Origin: Anthoceros angustus
Lineage: Eukaryota; Plantae; Anthocerotophyta
DNA length: 64,000 nucleotides
NCBI GenBank assembly: GCA_010909165.1
Contig: MU008175.1
Span: 558,001-622,000 of the forward strand
Reading direction: 5' to 3'
Position 1 is the first letter of the stretch. Each line of letters starts with the position of its first letter. The position numbers and the translations under genes were made by a program. This document shows positions 12,776 to 23,500 of this stretch, one piece after another. Under the pieces are notes generated by a model. The model searched no databases. It had not been told where the DNA came from and saw only the letters and a program-made list of their open reading frames with translations.

Positions 12776-14399
12776 GTGAGTATCACGATGTGGGTGGATT
12801 TCCGGGCATCACGAGGCGCACTTGCACTCGATCGGGGAGCCATAGAACCTCTCAACATAATCAAACAAGGACTCCCTCTTCTTCCCTACGGAGAGTTCTC
12901 AATTTTGCGGTGTGGTGGCGTGGCGAGACCCGAAATCGATTGAGAAGGCGCCTTCAAAGAATCCCAATCTCAGGCGCACTTGCGTAAGTTCGGTACCAGC
13001 ATGGGGCATGCCCCTCAGCAACCCGGGAAGATCGCGGTCGATCGGCGGCCGTATCCTCCAGTTAGCATGAAACATGCTCAAAGTGCCTAAGCGCCTCTGC
13101 GTCGTCGCCCTTCCTCTTTTCCCCAAACTTGACATCTTGCTGCGGCTGTGGGGTTGTCAAGCCCCTCCTACACGATTCCACTCATGATCCCTAGTCCGAT
13201 GAGCTCGGCGTGCCGCCCTTGTCAAATTGCACTTTGCCCTCCCTAGATGTCTGCCACCTGGAGGCTTCTCAACCCTAGATTTGATTCATCATTCCAAAAT
13301 CCTAATCCTATCTAAATCGTCTATTTTCGTATTCTGCCCGCTATTCCTAATTAATCGCTCACTAATTACTCTATATATTTATTCCCCTATTGGTGAGCAT
13401 ATATAGTGGATATCCCCCTATATTAATTTCTTTTCCTGGCCGAGATCCGTCAGCCTACCGCGGTAGTCTGCTCCTTTTCTCAGCCTACCGGCGTAGTGTG
13501 GCAGCCTACGATGGTAGTCTGCCAGCCTACCGCCCTTTCGGACTGCCATTCTGCTTCGCCTGGGGGTCGTTTTGACCCGTTCTTTGTCCTGGGATATCTT
13601 CTTCGACTTCCTAACAATATCCTACAACTTCAGCTTCAAGGTTCTCAGAAAATTTCCTGGCATGCTCCTCTTCAATCATTTTTAGCCAAAAAAATCAAAC
13701 TTGTTTTGCCTGCTCTTTTGACTGGGTTGTCCAAAGAACGGACACATTTTGTCCAAAGATAGGCATCAAGATAAGGAAGGGATTCATAAGAAGTCCTTAA
13801 ATTAGCTTGAAGACATGGGGCAAGATGCCACTTGGGAAGACTTTTCTTTAGAGGAGGAGCTCACTTGCTCCACAAGTGAGAGGATTCCCAAGCCCAACTC
13901 CTTGAGTTGGCAGAGGATTGGAAGGCCCTGCGCTTGACGCAGAGGTGGAAGTGGACGCGGCGGCTCCAGTCCCTCGCGAGATGGAAGGTAGGATAGATCC
14001 TACCATGGTAGGAGAAGGTCCTACCATGGTAGGAGAAGGAGCTCACTTGCTCCACAAGTGAGAGGAAGAAGAGCTGGAAGAACGGACACATTTTGTCCAA
14101 AGAAGGAAGAGGAAGAGGAAGAAATGGCAAAGGAAGCCTCCGTCTTTGGTCGTCCGCCAAAGAGGACCCCAGCAACACCATGATCGGTGACAGTGCGGAA
14201 GAGGAGAAGGAGCTCACTTGCTCCACAAGTGAGAGGAAGAGGAGAAGGAGCTCACTTGCTCCACAAGTGAGAGGAAGAAGAGCTGGAAGAACGGACACAT
14301 TTTGTCCAAAGATTGGAAATGGAACGAGAAGTCCAAAGAACGGAGAATGCACAACTCCCTAGGAGGATAGGGGAGTTGGAGGAAGAGGAGAAGGAGGGC

Positions 14400-15850
14400 G
14401 CGAAAGATGCCAACGCCAGTTGCGCCCGGTCGGAGGCGAGCAACTCCAGGTTCTTCCTTCACGCCGAAGCGCCCTTGCTTCTGGAGGAGAGGTGACTCTT
14501 GACATCTCTCACACTTGTTGTCCTGTGCAGGCTGCGAAGGTCTAGCCCCGGGCTGAGCATGCATCACAAAGCCTTGCAGCGACGACCCGGATCAATTGAT
14601 GCATCGTCCAGGTTGAGGAAACAGTCAATCTTGTCTGTAAGTGCATCCAGTTGAGATTGGATCGTAAATATGCTGCAAAGTATCTGCGTCGTCCAATTCC
14701 AGGTGAGATCCTCGCTCTTGGTAATGTCTTGCCGCAGGAGTTCTCCGAGATTGTAAAAGTCGGTGGATGGAGGATCGTGTTGAGCCTGGAAATGTGAGTC
14801 CTGAAAATTAACTCTGCTCCTCCCTTGGCTTCGTTGATGCAGACAACGGGAGGAAACCGAGCTACTTCTTTGCAGGACAGGAGGAGGAGGAGGCCTCGAG
14901 AATCTAAAATGAAAGCAAGGCCGATCTAGTCGATAGGGATTTTCAGATTTCTCTTTGCAACACCTAGTTCTTCGGATCTGTACCTTCATGATAGCTCATC
15001 TTAATTTTTGCTCTCCTTATACCTACAGCAGCTTAGTAGCCCTCCGGTCTAATCTAGCATTTTGCCGGGCCCCCTCTCCTCGCTCCTCATCCCATTCCGG
15101 ACCTAGCTTGGAACTCTTTGTTACTTTGGTGTTCTTGGGAAGATTGCCAACTTGGTGGCCTACATGGCTCAGCAAGTGAGTTTGCTCACTGTTCAGACCT
15201 TTGCAATTTTCCGTATACATGCGGGTCCTTGGTCCAGTGCTCTTATTCCAATTGGTTTTGTTGGATTTTCCCTTTGCTGGCAGGTACTTGCTTGCTGACC
15301 GCTGGTTTTCCTTTGATTGCAACTAGCAATGTGTTTGCAAATACGGTGTGTGGTAGGGTTTGGTTTTCACTGCTGCTCAGGTGCCATGGATCCTCCATTC
15401 CGGCCAGAAATCCATGCCAAGGAGATCCCTTTTGGAGCTGATGAAGGGGGGACGGAGGAGCTGCCCCACCAGCAGCTGGCCCTGCGTTTTTACAGCAGTC
15501 TAGGACGTCTACAAGCTTGGTGTGCTTGGGATGTTCATGGAGTTTCCTTGTCACTGATTTTTGTCTCATATACATAAAGATCCCCTATCATGGTGTGTGT
15601 TTCATGTTTCTTAAACAGCATGATTGTGCACACTCCACACTTGCTTTGGATGATGGCATTTGTGGTATAATATTCCATGACTAACCTGGATGAACTCATG
15701 CTCTATACATATAGTGTGTTCTTTTACAGACTTTTTTGGTGACTTTCAAAGATGGTGGTTGCCACATCTTTGCTAGCTACTTACTGGACTTTGCTCTGAA
15801 CTCCTGTTGATTTCACTTGCAATGTATTTCATTTGCCCATCCACGATAAA
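14400..15850 (-). mobile_element. Degenerate LINE-1-like ORF2 3' part (RT, post-RT region, Cys knuckle)
   Basis: Decayed motifs PHTVFAN-TLL (FADDT-like), SKGKIQQNQ (SGxKINxxKS-like), NARLxxRxTKLL.V.GEQKL.AIMK (post-RT NxALxxKWLW-like) and KCERCQE. Recognised by eye and heavily frameshifted. Confidence 0.45.
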
Positions 15851-15955
15851 TTGCAACTAGTTACCCCTGAATCTCGGGCACCATAAAAAGTTTGAGCTGA
15901 TTCCAGCGAGTCATGCAAGTCCTCAAAGAGGCAATTGGCAAGTCATTGTGGCTTG

Positions 15956-16051
15956 TATATACATACATACATACATACATACATACATACATACATACAT
16001 ACATACATACATACATACATACATACATACATACATACATACATACATACA

Positions 16052-16082
<31 letters not shown>

Positions 16083-16234
16083 GTATACATATATATGTAT
16101 ATACATACATATATATATACATACTTACATACTTATGTACATATATAGATACATATATACATACATATATACATATATATATACATATATATATACATAT
16201 ATATATATATATACATATATACATACATACATAT

Positions 16235-16265
<31 letters not shown>

Positions 16266-16275
16266 CACACATACA

Positions 16276-16307
<32 letters not shown>

Positions 16308-16342
16308 CATATACATACATATATATACATATATATATACAC
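15956..16342. repeat. (ACAT)30 perfect microsatellite followed by a degenerate TA/TACA tract
   Basis: 15961-16080 is 30 uninterrupted ACAT units. Confidence 0.98.
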
Positions 16343-16505
16343 TCTTGGTATGTGATAAAGCATCACTTACACTATGTTGGCACCAGCGAAAACCGCCATT
16401 GCGTGGCTTGATGAACATTACATCTTGACGGGTTCTTAGATGAAGGCGGTTATTACTTACCTTGCCGCCATGTTCCAATAAAAAGCTTGCATTCTTGGGA
16501 TCTGC
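16340..16505. repeat. Left arm of a ~165-bp inverted repeat (right arm 19987-20224)
   Basis: The reverse complement of this arm matches the right arm in blocks such as aacatggcggcaaggtaagt, tctaagaacccgtcaagat, aagccacgcaatggcg and gatgctttatcacatac. Confidence 0.85.
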
Positions 16506-16940
16506 ACCTTCATGATAGCTCATCTTAATTTTTGCTCTCCTTATACCCATAGCAGCTTAGTACCCCTCCACTCTAATCTGGCATTCTTGCCAGCTCCCTC
16601 TCCTCCTCATCCCTTAGCCCTATCCAGACCCCTCGCTTGGGACTCTTTGTTTCTTTGGTGTTCTTGGGAAGACTGCCAACTTGGTGGTCTACATGGCTCC
16701 ACAAGTGAGTTTGCTCACCGTTCAAACCTTTGCAATGTGCACTTTTGAATAGGTTTTCAAAGTTTTGGTGTTTCATACTCAAGATGGGGTATTGTTATTC
16801 TTCTTCTATTTATCTATCTAGGTACATGACTGGCATCAACAAATCCATCAATTGCAAGAATGTATCCAACAAATGGACAATACTCTTAAAGCTAACACCA
16901 ACTATATTTTTTGCCAACTTCATAGCTAGTTCTAGATAAA
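16493..16940 (-). mobile_element. Second LINE-1-like fragment, paralogous to 14968-15300
   Basis: Direct similarity to 14968-15215 (ggatctg.accttcatgatagctcatcttaatttttgctctccttatacc). GLRD...LLW motif on the minus strand. Confidence 0.5.
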
Positions 16941-18087
16941 GCTCCAAAAACTACATTATTTACATCCTCCACAACATTAGCATACAATGAGCCTAATGTG
17001 TCTTCGAGCATATATGAGTGGATCAAAAGAAGGAGAAGCTCGCACCAACAATCGAGCCGTTAGGATTAGGGCGAACTGAGCACAACCCGAATCAAGAAAT
17101 GATCGAGAACGAAAAAGGTGACATGTCAGAAATGGAGTAGGCCTTGTCATAGCATTAGGGCTTATCCAGCTTCTAGAAAGGTAGCATATAAGCTGCATCC
17201 GCCGAGATGGGCAACCACGCACGAGCGAGCGGAATGAGAGAGAGAGTCTCTTGGATCTTGGGAATGGATCAGCCCGCCTTTTGTCCGGAAAGCAATGTTC
17301 AAATATTTAACTCACCTTGTTCTTGACTAGAGTATCCCTAACTCTGGTTAGTTGATCCTAGGTTAGTCTCTCAAGCTAAACTAATTGTACATCCTATAGC
17401 TAGCTAGCCCTCGTGGTTTGCAGCCTATGTCTGACGCCGCCACGCCCTCGCCGACACGCGTTATGTCCATCATAGCCTCGCGATCGACTATGTCCTTCAC
17501 CGGAGCTTGCTCAATCCGCCGTGACAAAAACAAAGCTCATAAAGTCGCGCCTCGCTGGGCCTCACTAGCACGATTTTTTTTCGTGGGAGGTGGGTACATT
17601 TCTAGAGAATTGACCATTTGGTCATTATTTTTACTCAATGTAGTAAAATCTATTACAATAGAGTAGAAAACATGGCATGGCAGGTGAAATGCATCCACCA
17701 TAAATGTTGAAACAGAGCAGCAGGGTAGAAAGAAATAGACACCAAGTGAATACCAGGTACATCTAGATAGAAGCTCATTCTAGAAATCCCCAAAATCGCT
17801 AAATCTGGCAGTGAAACATATTCAGTTAAATACCATTCATGCGGATCCAGGATATACAAAAAACCAACAAAGAATCCTTTTCTTTGCAAAGTTTCCTGTA
17901 TATCCAGAATGGCATGAAATACAAATTTAAATAATGTAGAGGAAATACTAGATAAGACTGATCACTGCTTCTACCTCAAACCCTGCATAGAAAACTAAAT
18001 TAAGCACATACAGGGGCACACTGAAAATAGTAAGAAATAACACCCATATGCTAATTTATCGCCACAGTAAGCAATATCACTCACCTG

Positions 18088-19200
18088 ATTTTGGAAAGTT
18101 GACTGTACAATTATACAAATTGAAAACGTAATTTTCACGTCCACTTGGTTTTATTGGCACAACTTGTCCAACATTATCATAGTTGGCCAGAACTTGCTGA
18201 AGTTGAGGGCTTTAAAGAGATTCATGATTTTCCTGCAAAGTGAAAACCTCATTAGACACAATAATTTCCAATTTACTAAAATTAAACATAACATCACTTA
18301 CAGTCAACGATGCATTTCCGTGATTGGCAATACTGGCCTGATGATCATTCTCGATTCTATTGTCTCCCATTTTTCAGATCTTGATGCTCCCTTTGTCAGT
18401 TAGCTTTTTCTTGATGATGCAAGAATTCTTGACTTCTTTCCACATTCTTCCGCCTTTGAATCTCGAGGGCTTTCTCCCTCTGCTTGGACACCCGTAATTC
18501 AACAGCTTTACGCCTTTGCTTCTCAATCAATGCCTCCAAATCTTTTCGCTTTGAGTTCCCTCCTTTTCTCGCCTATTATACTCCACCCGCTCGGGAGATA
18601 TCCAGACACGTCAAGGTGCTAGAATTCTCAGACTTATTCTGCGAAACCACGCCCATAGGTAATATGGCAACATTTATGTCCTGTTGCACTCCAGACGTTT
18701 CATCACAATGACTTGGCACAATAGCCTCCAAGTGAAGGCCCACTGCTGTATCAATCTTCAAATCTGGAACCATAAGGCTGCTCAAACAGATAGTTGGGTC
18801 AACTTCTTTAGTAGGTGGATTTGATATCTGCAAAAAAAACAGAATAAGACCGACTTCATTGTGAAAAATGAATCTTTAAGGAAACTTGACAATCAAAAAG
18901 TTTACCTTGCCATCATTTTCAGTTTGGATGGAAGACCCTGCTAGTGGTCTGCTGTTATAAATCTGCAATTCCTGAGCACTGATTTGATGCACTACATCCA
19001 TAGCTCCACCATCAATAACCTGTCAAAACAGCATAATACGTTAAACACATCACCAAAAGAAGGCCTGTCAGTAGAAAATGCTACTAAATACATACCTGAA
19101 CTTCAGTTTGCTCAACACCACTTGGAAGGGTATTTGGTATACTGCTGACATTGTTCAGAAGTCTATTTCATGATGAATAACAGGGGTAGCAACAGACATA
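18088..19200 (-). pseudogene. Spliced gene relic of unknown function (at least 3-4 GT-AG exons)
   Basis: The exon at ~18906-19020 (VIDGGAMDVVHQ...ENDGK) joins in phase to the exon starting ~18828 (ISNPPTKEVDP...). The upstream exon ~19096-19202 has a frameshift, and there are in-frame stops downstream. Confidence 0.45.
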
Positions 19201-19372
19201 ACCTGACAAAAAGGCAGGAGTTAAAACACATTATCATACAACGGATGACCTAAACAACCTCCACAGATTCTAGACTTACATTCCCAATATGTTGAACTTG
19301 TAAAGGAAATTGACCACAAGCCTGCAGATCAGTCAAAATGTCAAAACATTTTCAAGCCGAATAGCTTATTTT

Positions 19373-19564
19373 TGTTAAGATAACCCCCGTTAGGGTTATG
19401 TTTATATAACCAGCGATCATAGTTAGTTTAGTTTAGGGTTAATATCCAAAGGACACTTAGGCTTGTATATAAGACATTCTTCTGTATTTATTATTCAGTT
19501 TTGCTTGTGCTCACATTCTGTCTGCTATGCCTAACATTTTGCTCTCTTCACATGGTATCAGAGC
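19373..19564 (+). mobile_element. Short 5' LTR (180 bp) plus tRNA-Met PBS of a truncated LTR retroelement, probably Copia
   Basis: TGTTAAGA...TCTTCACA termini, an internal TATATAAG, and TGGTATCAGAGC immediately after (19553-19564). Confidence 0.75.
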
Positions 19565-19986
19565 TTAGTCTCTAAATCATCTTTGGGCATTTATTTTATG
19601 GAAGAAACGACCACAGAGTAGTGCAGAAAGTTAATGTATATGATCTAATATGCCTAGCATATCTAGAACACACGCATTCCCCTGTCTGCATCACTCAATA
19701 GTTTTTTCAATTACAAAAACAATTATGCTGCTGTCCTAGACATATTCAGAGTGGCGAGAAATACAATTGGGCACAGAATTCAACAGCCACTTTGTCCAAT
19801 GGCTTCTGGATTGTGTGCCCAACATATCCTTGCCACCTGCCTCATATGTCCAAGTCAGTACATATCACAGTTTCCGCTGCTATGCTAGGCACGACTATGC
19901 AGTTACGACAAGCATTTATCCAAGATGCCTTGAAGAAACAGGTACAGGCAATCTAGAACAAGGAACTATTTAGACTCTACCACTAA

Positions 19987-20330
19987 CAGATATATCCCAA
20001 GACACGAGGCTTTTTATTGGCTACAACATGGCGGCAAGGTAAGTCAACAGCCGCCCAATATCTAAGAACCCGTCAAGATTATCAATGTACTTATCGAAAC
20101 AAAAATTGAAGCCACGCAATGGCGAAAGCAGTCGAAACAAAAATTGAAGCCACGAATGGCCGCCTTCGGTTGGTGCAACGAAGTGTAAGGGATGCTTTAT
20201 CACATACATACATACCAATGTGTATGTATGTATGTATGTATATATATATATGTATGTATATATATATGTATATATATGTATGTGTGTATATATATGTATA
20301 TAGATATAGGTATTTCTATATATATATACA
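19987..20330. repeat. Right arm of the inverted repeat with an internal 38-bp duplication, then a (TGTA)/(TA) microsatellite
   Basis: tcgaaacaaaaattgaagccacg occurs at 20094 and 20132. TGTA/TA tract at 20220-20330. Confidence 0.85.
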
Positions 20331-20503
20331 TAGGAATCATTTGTGTAACATCACCATTCCTAATTCGGTGTGAAGGAGTAATGGTGTCCTAGGGGGTTGA
20401 AGGTGCATACTCAGGGCTGCTGTCCACCAGCCGCAGCCCCTTCCGGTGTCACGACCCGCGCAGTTTGTTCTGCATTTCATCTTCCAGGCTGAGGGCCTGC
20501 ACG

Positions 20504-23500
20504 ATGGCCACCTTAGTGTGGCTACCCGATCCGTTGTGGGCCGAACAAATTGATGGGCATACAGGGATTTTAGGAGGAGCTCCCGCTCACTTCACTTTAG
20601 GGACTCGAGCGCGTACAAACAATCAAGGCTTGAGGTGGAGCAGGCTAATGAATCCAGCACTTTCGAGAAAATGTATGGCTGGAGCAGGAATTTCCAGCGA
20701 CGGTCGTCGCCAGGAGCAGGAGCTGTTGTGGCGACAATTTTTTCTGGAACCCACAATGTGGTGGGATAGCAGGCGAAATAAGAAGAGCTCCCGTTCGCCT
20801 GACTTCCGGCGTAAGGGGTCACGTGAGGTCCTTTGGTTGGATAGCTTTTTCAAGCCAGCTTGGGTGGATGAGCAGCTCGTGGCTTTGGATATGCAGATGA
20901 GCCATGGTGCCTCTGCTTCCAAGTCGAGCTATCTGGATGGGTCTGAGCCTGGCAGGCCTGCAGGATCAGAAATGAGCGTAACGGCTGGAACTGTGAGCAG
21001 GTTATGTCAGCAGGGGCAGCTTACTGAGGCCGTTGGAGCCCTGGAATTTCTTGCGGAGACAGACTGTGTTATTTCCCAGTCTCTGCTTTTTAACGTGCTA
21101 AAACTTTGTTCAGCTAAGAGGAATCTGGTCGTGGGGCGACGAGTTCATGATGTCATTGTCAGACTTGGGTACGAGTCAAATACATTCTTGGGGAACCATA
21201 TCTTGCGCATGTATTCAGGCGCAGGTAGGTTACAAGAGGCCATGAAAGTGTTCACTATGGTGGCCAAACCAGATCCCTTCATGTGGTCTTCTATAATCAC
21301 TGCACATACGAAACTTGGCAAACCCAATGAAGCCATTCAACTGTACCATGAGATGCGCAGCTCGGGTGAGGAAGGGAATGCTCACGTTTTTGTAGCTGCC
21401 CTTCAAGCTTGTGCATTTGCCGCTGACTTGGAGGCTGGCAGAAAAGTACACTATGATGTGTTGCATAGTGGCATCCCTCCTGATTTGTTTGTTGGCAGCG
21501 TCCTAGTGGACATGTATGCAAAATGTGGGGAATTGGGAGATGCTCGCCGGGTCTTTGACAGCTTGGCCACAAAAGATGTGGTGACATGGAATGCCCTGAT
21601 TGCTGGGTATGCAAAGCAAGGGCTAGATCAAGAGGCGTTTGTTCTGTATGAACAGATGGAGCAGGAGGGCCTGATTCTGGCTGACCATTTTACTTTTGCT
21701 TGCCTTCTGAAGGCCTGTGGGAACCCTAGTGCCTTACACAAGGGCAGGCAGCTGCACTCACGGATTGTGGCAAGAGGACAGTTAGATAGCATAGTTGTGG
21801 GCAACTGCCTGGTGGACATGTATGCGAAATGTGGGGAACTTGCAGATGCACGCCTGGCCTTCGACAGCTTGGTGAGAAAGGATGTCGTAACGTGGACGAT
21901 CCTGATAGCTGGATATGCAAATCATGGGCTTGGTCATGAAGCCCTTGTTTTGTACGGACTGATGGAGCAGGAAGGCCTCGTTTTGGCTGACCATGTTACT
22001 TTTGCTTGCCTCCTGAAGGCCTGTGCAAGCACTGGTGACTTACAGAAAGGCAGGCAGCTGCACTCACAGATTGTAGAAAGAGGACAATTAGATAACAAAA
22101 TGGTGGGCACCTGCTTGGTGGACATGTATGCAAAATGTGGGGAACCAGGAGAGGCACGCCAGATCTTTGACAAGTTGGCCACAAAGGATGTAGTGACATG
22201 GACAGCCTTGATAGCAGGATATGCAGATCATGGACTTGGTCAAGAGGCGCTTGTTCTGTATGGACAAATGGAGCAGGAGGGCCTGATTTTGGCTAACATT
22301 GTTACTTATTCCTGCCTTCTAAAGGCCTGTGCAAGCGCTGGTGCTCTACAGAAGGGCAAGCAGCTGCACTCGGAGATTGTGGAGAGAGGACTCTTCGATG
22401 ATTTATTGGTGGGCACCTGCTTGGTGGACATGTATGCTAAATGTGGGGAACTGGAAGAGGCACGCCGGATCTTTGACAGCTTGGCCAAAAAGGATGTGGT
22501 GACATGGAATGCCCTGATTGCTGGGTACGCAAAACGTAGGCTTGGTCAAGAGGCGCTTGTTCTGTATGAACAAATGGAGCAGGAGGGCCTGATTTTGGCA
22601 GACCATTTTACTTTTGCTTGCCTCCTGATGGCCTGTGCAAGCACTGGTGCGTTACAGAAGGGCAGGCAGCTGCACTCACAGATTGCAGGAAGGGGACAGC
22701 TAGAAGGTGACTTAGTGGTGTGCACCTGCTTGGTGGACATGTATGTAAAATGTGGTGAAGTTGAGGATGCACGTCGTGTCTTTGACAGTCTGGCCAAAAA
22801 AGATGTGGTGACATGGAATGCCCTGATAGCTGGGTATGCACAGCAGGGTCTCTGTCAGGAGGCGTTTGTTCTGTTTGAACACATGGAGGAGGAAGGCCTA
22901 CTTCGGGCAGACCATGTCACTTTTGCTTGCCTTCTGAATGCCTGTGCGAGTGCTGGTGCCTTACAGCTGGGGAGGCAACTGCACTCACAGATTGTGGAAA
23001 GAGGACAGCTAGATGACGCACTGGTGGGCAACTCACTGGTGGACATGTATGCAAAATGTGGCGAACTGGAAGAGGCACGCAGGGTTTTTGACTGTTTGGC
23101 CACGAAGGATGTGGTAACATGGAATGCACTGATAGGTGGGTGTGGTAGTTGTGATGAAGGTCACAGCGCACTGGCCTGTTTTGAGGAGATGTTAGTCGCT
23201 GGTTTTCAGCCTAATGATGTTACTTTTACTTGCCTTTTAGTAGCATGCAGTCATCAGGGACTCGTGACTGAGGGTCGCATGTACTTCGATGCTATGGTGG
23301 AACAGCATGGCATCAAACCTACTATTGAGCATTACACTTGTATGATTGATCTTCTCGGGCGGGCAGGCCAATTAGATGAGGCAGAGAAAATGCTTTTGTC
23401 ATGTGAGAGCCGCAATAATGTTGTGGGGTTGACGGCTTTGCTGAATGCCTGCAAAAGTCACGGGGATGTAGAGAGGGCGACACGGTGTTTCGAAAGTCTT

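Noticed and set aside
15580-15850. Kinase-like LVMEY motif on the minus strand
   Set aside because: No other kinase subdomains; the region fits a decayed LINE RT better.
15861-16550. ORFs of 66-171 aa rich in YIHT/MYVC
   Set aside because: These are translations of the TACA microsatellite.
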